The notes under the pieces are model-generated. The model searched no databases. It saw nothing but the letters and a program-made list of their open reading frames with translations, and had not been told where the DNA came from. Source: Halocafeteria seosinensis (Eukaryota). From it: a DNA stretch of 64,000 nt. Position numbers and translations under genes: made by a program. The stretch lies in assembly GCA_001687465.1 (NCBI GenBank), contig LVLI01000005.1, positions 124,001 through 188,000 of the forward strand, written 5' to 3'. This document shows positions 38,082-50,088 of the stretch, one piece after another (the stretch's first letter is position 1; every line of letters starts with the position of its first letter).

Positions 38082-41000
38082 ATGGACACCGACGGGACAG
38101 GTGCTTCCCAAGCCAACGAGGAGAGTTCAACGGCACAGATTAATGGCTCTCACCATGTATCTGTGCGCTCCTTCAGCGCTTCTTCGTCTACTCGAGAGAA
38201 AGAAGACTCCATCGAAGGCGTATGGGTGGAAACAGCGGACGATAAAGGACGCACATACTACTATAACACGGTTACTTTAGCCGCCCAATGGGAGAAGCCC
38301 GCGGGGGAAAATGTTATTTCAGAGAACGATATCGAATGGTTGGAAGATGACACTCCGGAGAATAGTGTGCATGAGGATGATGAAGCTGAAGAAGCTATGG
38401 TGGATAAGGTAGTCCAGTCCTTGCAATTGTCACGGTCTCAAACAGTGCGTGAGAGTGAGAACGATGACCCCGTGACTTTGGAAGCCGCACTTTGTGAAAT
38501 ACATTACCTTCGGCAGGAGAAGAGGTATGTGTGACCTGCGGATTGGAATGGGTTTCTAAGATGATGTATTACCGGTGTCGTTTGTATTGTCTCCCGTTTG
38601 TTGCCTGCAGAGAACTCAAAGAAGAAATTGAGCAGTGGAAGAAAGCCTATGAAAGGGAGGAACGGGAGAAAGCAAAGCTGACTTCCTATATCGAAGATCT
38701 ACAGACACGATATAACACGCTTGAATATCAAAGTTCATACAGCAGCAATGCTAGCCTGGCAAAACAGGACAGCCAAGCTTCTGCATCAACATTGTCGCCT
38801 TCTGGTTCCAGCGAGCACATTGACAACAGCGAAATCAAGAACGTTATGTCCCTGATGAAGAGTATTTCCCTCTTCCACACGTTCTCAGAGCAGCAATTCA
38901 GTCGTCTCTGCATAGCTGTGCGGAAGCAAAAGTGGCGACCGGGAGAGATAATCATTCGGCAGGGTGAGTCCGGAGACATGTTTTTTATCATCGCCTCCGG
39001 CCGAGTGGCTGTACGGAAGAAGAGCAAAGAGCATCTCGAATCGCACGAATCTTCAAGCAGCTTGGACTACGATTTCAACTCATTGTCATTTTCTGGGAGA
39101 GAATTCGGGGATTTAGACGACGAGAGTGACAATGAAGAGGACGACAGTTTTGGCGCCACTGTCGCGGAATTAACAAAGGGGTTCTTTTTCGGTGAGCGAG
39201 CCCTGTTGCTAGACGAACCACGGGCAGCGACTTGTATGGCTCTTACTGAGGTAGAGTGCTACACTTTGAATCGACATGCGTTCAAATCGGTATTATCTGA
39301 TGTGGAAGAAATACTTGGTTCGTATGCAAAGAAGCACTATACCGAATCCCCCGAATTCTTGACGCTCTCCAGTCATATTACGTCATTCGGACATCGTATG
39401 CATGAGGCGCGCAAAAGAGAAATTCCGCTGCACAAGCCTATCGAGGATGTTTCCGAGATGGACCCTTTGCGAGGAACTATCGACTCCATGTCCGTGTTTT
39501 CACCGGAGCATAGTTTGAATGAGACTCTTGAGCGAATTTGTGACACTCTTGGGCAATTGCTCAACGTTCGCTGTGCCCGTGTGTTTTTGTATGACAAAGA
39601 CAAGAAGACGTTCATGATCCCAGCACCTTCGCTGCTAGACATGCGGGTTAGTGAACGGAGTAAAAATAGCGTCAATGTGGAGGCATCTTCGAATGCTACG
39701 TACACTAATGATACGTCTGATTCTATGACTGCACTATGCTACAAATTTCGAAAGGGAATATTCCAGCATCCGTATATATCGGTAGGAGAGTCTGGGATAA
39801 CTAGGGCCTCCTTCGCGGAAGATAAGGCTGGAGTTCTCTCAGCGGCCATCCAAGAACGGGACGTCTTCACAGTTGAGAACGTCGTGGAAGATTCCCGGTT
39901 CACCCCAGGATCAGATTGGGCAGAATGCCAAAAACAAATTGATGAGGTATACAAGGAATTTCATCAGGTTGCTAAAGAAAGCTCTTGTGCTTCCCTATTT
40001 TCATATTCGAAGACGAGAGATCCTAGTCATGCTCTTACAAGGATGAACTTCATGGTTCCTCTAAAGGGTGATGAACACGGATGGCGTCACTGTCAGATGA
40101 TGCTGGTCCCTATTCTCTGGCAAGGACATCCTGTTGGTGTCATGCAAATTATAGGTAAAAGTGGTCGAACGCTATACAAATCCACTCGCTCATTCTCAGC
40201 TATTGTTGGACAAAGAGTGAATCCAGCCGACGAATCGACACAAGAAGAAAGTTTTGAAACAGTCTTCAGTGAAGCTGATGTCAAGACTGCCAAAGGTCTT
40301 GCTGATGTTACTGGTGAAGCGTTTCAGAAATTTAGGCATGAGATGGAGCTTTTCAGTTTGTCCAAGACTTTTGTTCCCTTATTCACGCTTACTAGTAGAT
40401 TCTCCGTTCGGGTAGGGATTGGTGAGAGGCTGACGATGCCGAAATATATTCTGCAAAAGGTGAAGAACAGCAAAAAGAAGCGAATTGCCGACCTAAGTGC
40501 AAAGGTGGTTGCCAGAGTGTTCCATGGTGAATACGAGCTGTGTGATTCTGTAACCACTGCTCCCTGCCATTTTTCATCTCCAAACGGTGATGAGTTGGCG
40601 GACCAGTTGCCGGTTGGGCATTCCACTAAAAATTTGAGGAAGGAAAAGTCTGGCAGTATGGAGAGCGATACTGCGGTAGAAACTAACTACTTCGTTCCAT
40701 GGCATTCGACCATCACTTTCGATATCCGAATCTGTGATCTGCCACCCGCTTGCCGCGTCGTGTTTGAAATCCAGTTGAGTGATTCAACAACAATTGGATG
40801 GACCGGCTGCAACCTGTTTAGCTACCAGCGAAAGTTGAACACAGGCAAAACTACTATTAAGCTCTGGCCAGGTGAAGTTACTAATGCGCAGATTGCCACC
40901 ACAGCGTCTCCTTCAAATGAATACTCAGATGATGAGCGAGTCGGCATGTTGCACATCGAACTACCGTCGTTTGAGCGGGATGTATGGAAAAATAGTGGAG

Positions 41001-42766
41001 CGCTAGCTGCCGTTCAGGCCGCGAGGAGTACGGATTTAAACGGACTATCGATTAACAAATCAGACTTGCGTATGATCAACGAGAGGAAGCAACTGCTTGA
41101 TGATGTGGCTAATGCACAAGAGTTTTCGGGAAATAAGGACAGACTGCTGAGACTTTTTGATCGCGAACCTCTATATTCTATGACTGTTGACGAGAAGTCA
41201 CTTGTATGGAGATGTCGTTACTTTCTTCTTAGATATAGCTCTGCATTACCGAAATTTCTCTTGAGTGTTCCTTGGGATAATTGCGTCGCTGTCGAGGAGG
41301 CGTACATGCTCATGCTTCAGTGGACAATCCTGCAGCCTAGCGATGCACTGCAGCTCTTGGACATCAAATTTCCGGATCCAAAAGTGCGGGCACTTGCGGT
41401 TAATTCGCTGGAGCAGTTGAACAGCGATCAGTTGCACCAATATATGTTGCAGTTGACCCAAGTTCTGAAGTTCGAACCATATCTTGATTCGGCGTTGGTG
41501 CGCTTTTTGTTGAGACGCGCTCTTCGTGAACCGCGACTTATTGGGCACGTGCTGTTCTGGTACTTGAAAGCCGAAATGCACATACCCGAAATAGCTGCCC
41601 GTTTCGGGGTTGTCCTAGACCAGTACTTAAGAAATTCGGGAGAACACAGGACAGATCTTGGACACCAAATGTTTGTAATGACAAAGCTGGAACGCATTGC
41701 GAGCGAAGTGAAGGCGGTCACGACGAAAGAGGAAAGGATGCAAACTGTGAGGAGTCGCGTAAAAGAAATTGTCTTTCCAGAAAAATTTCAGCTTCCTATA
41801 TCTCCTCATTTAGTTGTTGACGCTATACTTCCCGAAAAGTGCCGAGTGATGAGCTCAAAAAAGCTGCCACTTTGGTTGACGTTCGTTAGTGCCTCAGAAT
41901 ATTCTTCTGGAACGCAGGATCTTATCAAAGTTTTGTTCAAAGCCGGTGATGATCTTCGCCAAGACCAATTAACATTGCAGATCTTGGGAATTATGGATCG
42001 TCTATGGAAAGAGCACGACTTGGACCTCTGTATGAGTGCGTACAGATGCATTAGTACGGGTGATGAACTTGGTATGGTGGAAATAGTTGAGGACGCTGAA
42101 ACGCTTGCAAACATTGTCAAGGAGGAAATGTTCAACGACAAGCAAAAGAAAAAGGCAGGATTCAAGGAGAAGGTTCGCGCCGCCATGCATGCTATGTGGA
42201 AAAGCTCTGTTTTCAAAGACTGGCTGCTCAAGCAAGAGTGTAACAAAGACGACCATGAAGGCATGAAAAATCGGTTTGTAAGATCATGCGCGGCTTATTG
42301 CGTTGCCACGTATGTTCTTGGGATCGGCGACAGGCATAATGACAACATAATGCTAACCAGAAATGGCCAACTCTTCCATATAGATTTCGGCCACTTCCTC
42401 GGCAATTTCAAATCAAAACTGGGATACAAGAGGGAAAAAGCCCCGTTCGTTTTTACTCCGGCGTTTGCCGAAGTTATGGGCGGCATAAACTCTGCTGATT
42501 TTGCAAGATTCGAGGATCTGTGCTGTGAGGCCTACAATATTCTTCGGAAGAACGCCAACCTCTTGATCACCCTTTTCTTCCTCATGCTCAGTTGTGGTCT
42601 CCCAGAATTGAAGGAAGAATCAGATATATATTGGCTCAGAGACAAGCTGATGCTGAATGTAACAGACGCAGAGGCCAGTTCAGCCTTTCGTGAGAGAATC
42701 CGCGAGTCCATGAATACGAAGGCGACATTATTAAACCATGCAGTCCATAGTTTCGCTCACGGCTGA
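38082..42766 (+). CDS. Class I-like phosphoinositide 3-kinase with N-terminal WW, coiled-coil, cNMP-binding and GAF domains (~1532 aa)
   Basis: Exons 38082-38524 and 38611-42766. WW (WVETADDKGRTYYYN...QWEKP); CNB (IIRQGESGDMFFII...FFGERALLLDEPRAAT); GAF; PI3K C2; helical domain (ALPKFLLSVPW, FPDPKVRALAV); catalytic domain (MSSKKLPLWL, FKAGDDLRQD, IGDRHNDN, HIDFGHFLGNFKSKLGYKREKAPF). Confidence 0.93.
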
Positions 42767-42773
42767 GAATGAC

Positions 42774-45586
42774 CTATTTGTTAGGGCGCGAACCATTTAA
42801 TACTATAGATTGGAAATGTCTCACGCAGTTATCAGCTAAATTGTTCCGCTTTAGATACGGTTTGTTTGTTGTATCGGATGTCGTAGATCCCTCCATTAAC
42901 TTCCATTCACCATATCCTCCTTCCATAACAGATACGACATGACCAGGACAACATATTCGCGAAACTCTCATGATTTGAGAAGTCATCCATTCATAATCTT
43001 CAGCAGATAGATCTAAACCCATTTTCGTACCATCGCTACTTAAGTTCCCAGCATCTCCTTTGCCTCCGTCGAAGCCCGCCGAAATCAATATAAGGTCAGG
43101 GTTGTACGCCCGAAGAGCAGGAAGAAGGCGCTGCTTAATGGCACTCCGAACCCCATGTCGACCGCCATAGTACAGGCCTTCAGAGCCGTCATAGTCACCA
43201 TTCTTGTGATGAGCGGAACTTCGCCATAGGGGGGACACTGGACAGTTGATTACGTTATACCAGTTATTATCATCCAGGCCACTACCCGGATAGAATCTCG
43301 ACGACTTATAGCGATCTGTGTAGAGCTCGTCTTCCGTTGTGCGAAAACTGCTCTCATTCGAGTTAGGAGCAGGTGCGGAAGATGTGTCCGAGGCTGTATT
43401 AACACTGTTTTGGGAGTTTGAGCTTTCAGGTCGCGGGGCATCCACATTACTACATTCGAAGTCATCACCAAAACTTTTAGCCCTTCTCCTCCTCTTGTTT
43501 GGCTGAGAGGCGTTGCTGGGTGTGTCCGGATTGTCGTCGCTCACCCTGTTGTTTGTTTCTGTCTCTTTCTCTTCATCCCAAAGGTGAACGGAGAAGAAAA
43601 ACAGGTGGTCCACGTGCTTCGTCCGGCGAATATAGTTCTTTACTATCTCTTCCGTCCCGTTACCATGATGAACGTCGAAGTCTATAATTGCAACTTTCTC
43701 TGGCCGAGGGCCAACACTCCTATTTAGTGCGTGTAGAGCACCAATCGCTATGCTGTTAAAAACACAGAACCCGCAACTAAGGAAACTCTCACCATCATTG
43801 ATCAATCCACTTTCTCCCTGTACTTTATAATTTCATATTCTTTAAACCGGAGAACAGGTAGTACCAAGTGCGGAACAGACAACTTACAGCATGGTGGCCG
43901 GGAGGCCTCACGACGCAGAGCGCATTGCGGCAAGTACCTTGCAGGACCTGATCGACTGCATGGCAAACCGCACCTGCAGCTCGAAGCGCTGCTTTGAGGG
44001 TACCGCTTGAAAAGTACGTATCACTGTGGCAAGGTTGTTTCAAGTCATTCAAAGAAGTTCTCTGTACACCTCGTTGGACCACGGGCGTGAAAGGAACTGG
44101 ATGCTCCCTCGCTCTGACGTGGTCATCGAGGCTCCTGACCAAGCTTGTATACCTCCGAGAATGAGCAAGCTGCACTTGCTCCCACGTTACGGTGCGGAAG
44201 TTGCTGGAGAGATAAAACGAGTCTGCATACACTCCGGCAACAGAGCCTTTAAACCATTTCTGGGGCCATATCGTTCCCACATCAGGTATTTTGGCCCATT
44301 TGGACTTCATTTTAGGAGTGTACGAGGAAAGGGAAACTTCTGGACTAGCTAAAGGATACTTGATGCAGGCATCTTTCAAATCTGATCTCTTAGTGAAAAC
44401 GCAGGAACCTGTATATCATAGCATACGCATTTAGGCGCCGATACTTCTGTCCAGAAACAACTCTGGCGTTACCTTTATCAGAGTACGCAGCTGCAACCAG
44501 TCTGTTAAGAACATAGCTCGCCCTTTGCGAATGCTCCTGATGCTCTTCTCTGGGCTTGTGTAGTAAGAAGTCTTCATGGTGGAGCACCAGCGTCCGCAGA
44601 CATGGGTACCTTGCGTAAAGGGCATCCGCAGAGTCTTTTCGCAACTTGAAAGAGATCTCCCCTTGAAAAATGCCAGCGACATCCATCGGATCCATATAAT
44701 CCTCGTTTTGGGAAGAAATATCTGCTCCACTGTCCAACAATGCCATAATGGAGGAATTTCTACCCAAACGACAAGCTCTGAAACACCACAAAAAAGGAGA
44801 CAACGCTTATAAAGAAAGCGCTATCGTTGGGTTCTCAAATCCCTTACCTGTGTAATGGTGTGTCCAGGTTATTACTCTTTTCATTTACTCTTGCACCATA
44901 CGCGACTAAAACACGGACGCTTTCTGCACCACCGCACGCTGCTGCCCAGTGCCTGCAGTTTCGGTGTTGACGGTGACATATTCCAGTTACGCAGCGTCAA
45001 ATCTGTCAACTTACAATGCAGTGAAGCCTTCTTTATCTTTGCAATACACTGATGCTCCACGCTCCAAGAGCAACTTGATACAAGCAACTGATGTCTGCAC
45101 TGTCTGCAGACCCGCCGCCAGGATCAAGGGTGTGAATCCTTGGGGATCTACTTCATCGAGAATTATATTTAGCCTGGTTTTGGGAGCATTTTCTGCTATC
45201 CTATCTAACTCTTCTCTCAGCGATATTGTATCTTCTGACGATACGAATCCATGAAGTGAGTTTAACATGGAAGGCCCAGGAGAAGTTCCATCCGAGGGAT
45301 GTACCGGTGGAGGCGACGACAAGGACAACTCAAAACCGAAGGATCCAATTGACCGAGCACGTTGCAATGCTGGTGTAGAAGCTCGAAACAGTTGCTCAAT
45401 GTGATCCGGCTGTTGGGGATTCGAGTACATGTCGGCGACGGGGCCATTCCGTTCGGGCGACCGAATTTCAAGTTTCGGTGGTGTGAATGGCGCACTCGTT
45501 TGGTCGTCGGAGCTTCCTGCTGCATGCTTCGGGGATGAATTCCCCTGTGTAGGAGTGCTCCCATTGAAGGTTTTCTTATGGTCCAT
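42774..45586 (-). CDS. Ankyrin-repeat + class II-type histone deacetylase
   Basis: Ankyrin repeats (GFTPLILAA, GFTALHWAA, DTPLHRAC) spliced in frame to HDAC motifs RPPGHHA, GFCVFN, DFDVHHGNGT, FYPGSG, ISAGFD, MEGGY; four introns. Confidence 0.9.
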
Positions 45587-47574
45587 TGTAGTCAAATAGC
45601 AGAGCAACAGCCAGGGTCCAAGGTCAGTCCGCGCTCACAGGAGTCCGTAGTGGTCTTATTGGTGGCTTTCCAGACTAAATAGGACGTCAATATATTCTTC
45701 GATATTCCTTTGACTTGAATTTGACAATTGATAGTGGCGTATGGGCCTCAAAAAGTTACCAATAGCGCATGTCGTTTTGGGGATAGTGGTCGCACTTCTC
45801 GCCAGCCCCACAATTAATATCGTAACTTTTTCACTACCCTCACCCAGAGCTATTCAGCGTGATACACACTGTTCTCAATGATGTAATTCCTGTCATTGGT
45901 TCAAACGGACGCAATGTGTAAAGACTATGTACGGTACAGACAAGCGGCCGAGGATACACCAGATTCCGCACGATCCCCCACAATCCAGTGGTAAGGTGAT
46001 ACATTGTACAAGGTAAACTATCACTCGGTAATAACATTATATTGGCTTGCTTAAGGGCTATTCTACATCTACGCATAACTGGACGTGCTAATTGGTGATA
46101 GACGAGATTGTGTTTTCAGGAAGTGATGGGTGCTGGTGTGTCGGGATTTATGAAGCTGTAATACACAGTGGTACCAGTTGGTAGGGACATACATACCCGG
46201 GTAGATATTCGTGTGTATACACCTTTTTCGCATGAATGATACCTGCTTACATTATCGTAGAGGGTTTGTCGAGGTGATAAATGAAGAGCGGACCTCTGTG
46301 GTTTTGCTACCACAGTTGCACCATTCCCAGCGGAACTTCCGCAAGCTGATGACGGCCAAACCGTCAGTCACGTTGATGCGCCACAACGTGAAGATGCTGG
46401 ACCGGTTCCGGGTAGGGTTCACCCCTCACACAGCTTAGCGTAGCCCGTAGCAGACACGTCTTCCGGTAGGAGCAATACCAAATACACACATTTCCAGTAC
46501 ATACGTGCGGGTACAGTGTAGATTGTTTGGTCAGTTCCTCATGCGATTCTTGCGAACAAAAAAAGACGCAGTCAGATGAAGATGAGTGATCCGCCACGGG
46601 TATAGTGGTAGGGATAAATACAATATACACATTTCCCTGACTTCCCAGGACGTAGCTGCGCCGCCCACCCATCAAGATCCTCCTGAGAAAATTTCGTTAT
46701 GTTCCTCTCCTTCCCGTACTTCCTGCCGGTTCCCAAGCTGGCCGAGGTCCCCGCTCCAAACACTACCACTCTCCTGACTTTCGAGCGGGACGAAGAAAAC
46801 AATGCCGGTAGGAGGCACAAACCAGACGTTCATGGGTCGGTACAGTTCCAAGGTGTTCGCTGGAAGCACCGGCTGTGAGCTTGAACAAGATACGCGGAAG
46901 CACTCTCAGAGAGTGTTCCTCCCTCAGAGGTCCAGACATGTAGTTGCTACCGAGACGGTAGCCCCACAACGGGCCCTATTATATTCAGACAACAGTGATC
47001 AATATCGTGAGATGAGGCTATCTTAGTAAGTTCGTAGCTATTGGACATTGCTAATGTACTGCTGGAAGCGTACACCTCCGACTCTTCGTCAACTATTAAC
47101 CAGCAAAGATTTAAGTATCTTACCCAGCAATGGCTCCGCAGGCTTATGCTGCTTATACCACTATTTTCGTGCTTTGGGCAAAACCCGCCTGATCTCTCAA
47201 ACATGTTTTTTCCGGTCCTCAATATTCTTTGGAGGATGTTCGAACCCGTTTACCATTACTAGAGCTCCAGTTATTGATATATACATAAGAATTTCCAGCA
47301 CACGACCGTGATCCACACTTCCATCCGAGAATACAGGCCAATGAGTGATTGGAATCGTCTGTATCACGAGCGTGGAGGGTTACTGAAACCGCCCCCTGCT
47401 GCATACTCTCTAGAGCCACTTACAATGAGCATATAAATCAAGAGTAGAGAGGAACCTAAGCGATAAGCACCCAATGCAAATACTATGGCCCCACCTGCAG
47501 AATCGAACCATGGTCAAATAATTCGCACAAATACGTTGCGTCACGAAGTCCGCGGAAGCGTACCTGCCTCAAAA

Positions 47575-47920
47575 ATGGTAACTATAACGAGAACTGCACC
47601 CGTGAAGGATAGTATAATCCAGTTTAGCGTATCACTGAGGTAATGGACTGCAGACAAGAGTAAACGAGAATTTGGCAAGGTCACTTAAGCCAGTAAGCAC
47701 ACTACGGTATTGGACGGGCACCGTTCTCGGAACATACTCGGATGTCTTCCCCAAGTATTCTGTAGAGGGCTCAAACAGAAGGGAGGTGGCGTACAAGTTG
47801 CACAAAAACCGAATGGATCGAGAGTATACGTACCTGCACAGCGTTTATATGTTCGTCCCACAACTGAAGCCTGGTCAAGGCTTTGTAAATGAAGATGACG
47901 ACGAAGAGAAGTCGTCCTAA
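47575..47920 (+). CDS. ~89-aa small protein whose first coding exon is the ATG only
   Basis: AAAAATG|GTAACT...CTGCAG| intron 47578-47653, then an open frame TRVNENLARSLKPVSTLRYWTG...EDDDEEKSS*. Confidence 0.6.
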
Positions 47921-48545
47921 GCCCGTACGCAGTCCCATTTTCTGCGCGGCTACTGTTCCTCTGTATCAATGCTTCCAGCTCTTGGGGTATCTAGTCAGTG
48001 AACCAAGTTTCTTCTCTCCGACTTTCTCACGACATGCACTCGGACTGGGAGATGGCTGTGATAGTGAAGCGTCGCTTAACTTCAACGAAAGTTCTGGGAT
48101 GCTGTACACGCATCCAAGGTTGCGAAAAACCCTTTCTTTGCTCCCACAAATTGAAAATGTACATGGCAGAAATACCAATGTATCCCATTCTCTGTGGACT
48201 AGTAGGAATTTCTAGGGTACGGGTAGCGAGTCGACGCCATGGCCCATGGCATGGAGCGAACAGTCTTGCCGTTAGCGCGGCGGCTGGCCCTTTGGCGCGA
48301 CGAGCAAGTTGAAGTTTGCAAAACCAGTTTCGTGCAGCTGATATGTACCTAGATACTCGTCGTAGATGAGCCTTGATGGAGTGAAACTTACGTCTCTAGT
48401 GAGGAGTTCCCTTGAAGGAGTGGAAAAATAGAGGTATCGTGTTTGAATAGACGCCTACAGGGTTTTGTGAAGTAGGACACAGGTCCTAAACGCTTTCGCG
48501 GAATTGAGGCGTCATAACGACCACTACGGGGACCATATAGTCACA

Positions 48546-49974
48546 ATGAGCCATGCGGCATTTAGGGTAAATACTTCACCGTTGGTAGTTAACTCGGGGC
48601 GAGAGAGAAAGGAAAGCCAAAGCTCGAGACGCCGCCAACCTCTTCAGCACACACCCGAAACCAACACGAACTGCGATAATGTTGTGGCCAGCGTACCAGA
48701 TGAGCACGACCGTAAAGGACAAGGAAGGGACACAGAACCTTCCAGAAAAAGTGAAAGGCAACAGGACTCCGCTCTAAATGGAAAGGTCGAAGAAGAAAGG
48801 GAAAATCTCTTTGGTAGCGGTGAACTTAACAACACCAGGTATGTGATATAAGAGGAGATTCAAGAACATAGATTCTCGTTTTGATCATTTTCTTTTGTGA
48901 GAATTCCTCCTTGGACATATACGCAGGGAGATATTGCAGCACCTTGATGCGGTTGATCGAGAGCTCAACACCATATTCGCTGATTGCGAGAAATATGAAA
49001 GGAAATCCTCTGTCGCATCCGACGAACAGACAGGGCAACGAGCTTCCCGAGCAAATGAGGATCCAACACAAAACGTACTCAACTTTGGCTTTAACTCAGT
49101 TGCTGAACAACTTGGAGCTTCAGCTCAGAAGAGTGGAAATAAGAATCACCGCTCGCGGCGCACGACCACCCAGGGGATACCAGAGAGGCCATCTGTTCGA
49201 GATATACTTCAGGGTCCAGACCGCCATGGGAAACTAGCGCCTAGTTTATGCATCAGCTACGACTGTACCGAGTCACAGTCTTCTAAGCTGCGCTCCACTC
49301 TTACGAAGATATCCAAGGCTGTTGACCACGCGAAGGCGTTCCACCGGCAGCTTCCGTTCCTTCTTACTGAGATAAGCATAGATTCTGGAAAACACCTAAA
49401 GATGCTCAACAGGTTGTGGTGCCGCACTGCAATGTGCTTCAAGCATCGATTAAACTGCTTGTCAGATCTGAGAGAATGTGAATCGGAGGAACAGCGAAGG
49501 CAAATTATTCTTCAGGAATACTCACTGGCGACTGAAAAGCTCGAAATGCATCATCGACTCTGCGACTCGTCGTTGGATAGGGAGAGAATAAAAAAACAGA
49601 TATGGGAGTTGAAGCTACGTTCGAACTCACCCAGTTCTGTTAACCATTTTAACATCAGGTTGAAATCACGTTCGAAAGACGGAATCGAACTAGACTGCTC
49701 ATCTGTCCTTCGCGGCTTAGTCCTAGATAAGGAGATGGATGAAGATGTCGAGATTCCCGGTAGTGACGATCTCTTCAGACAATTCAAGGAGTGTTCCTCG
49801 CAGTTGAAATCTATCGATAAGAAGATGATGAGTGAATCAAGACAGCATTTTGAAGAGATGAAAAACCACATGATGTACGGAGTGAAATATACCGATATCA
49901 TGGAGGCTGAGGCAGAAGTGAAGAATCTCCTCATAGAGGCAAATGCTTCCAAAAAAGTAAAACGGCTGTTTTGA
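48546..49974 (+). CDS. Hypothetical protein with helical/coiled-coil C-terminal half (2 exons)
   Basis: Exon from ATG 48546 and an intron GTATGT...CGCAG (~48839-48926) that joins in frame to the 346-aa ORF. Confidence 0.7.
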
Positions 49975-50088
49975 AGTCTATTAAGGCTTTCTTGAATAAT
50001 GCACGAAACACACGGGCGTTCTTACGATGATAAATATATGCAATACATGCGATGTCTGTTCAATTGCCGGAAGTAGGCAGTATTCGTC

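Noticed and set aside
46572..46820. VVVFGAGTSASLG resembling a SIR2 GAGxS motif
   Set aside because: No downstream SIR2 motifs and the frame closes quickly.
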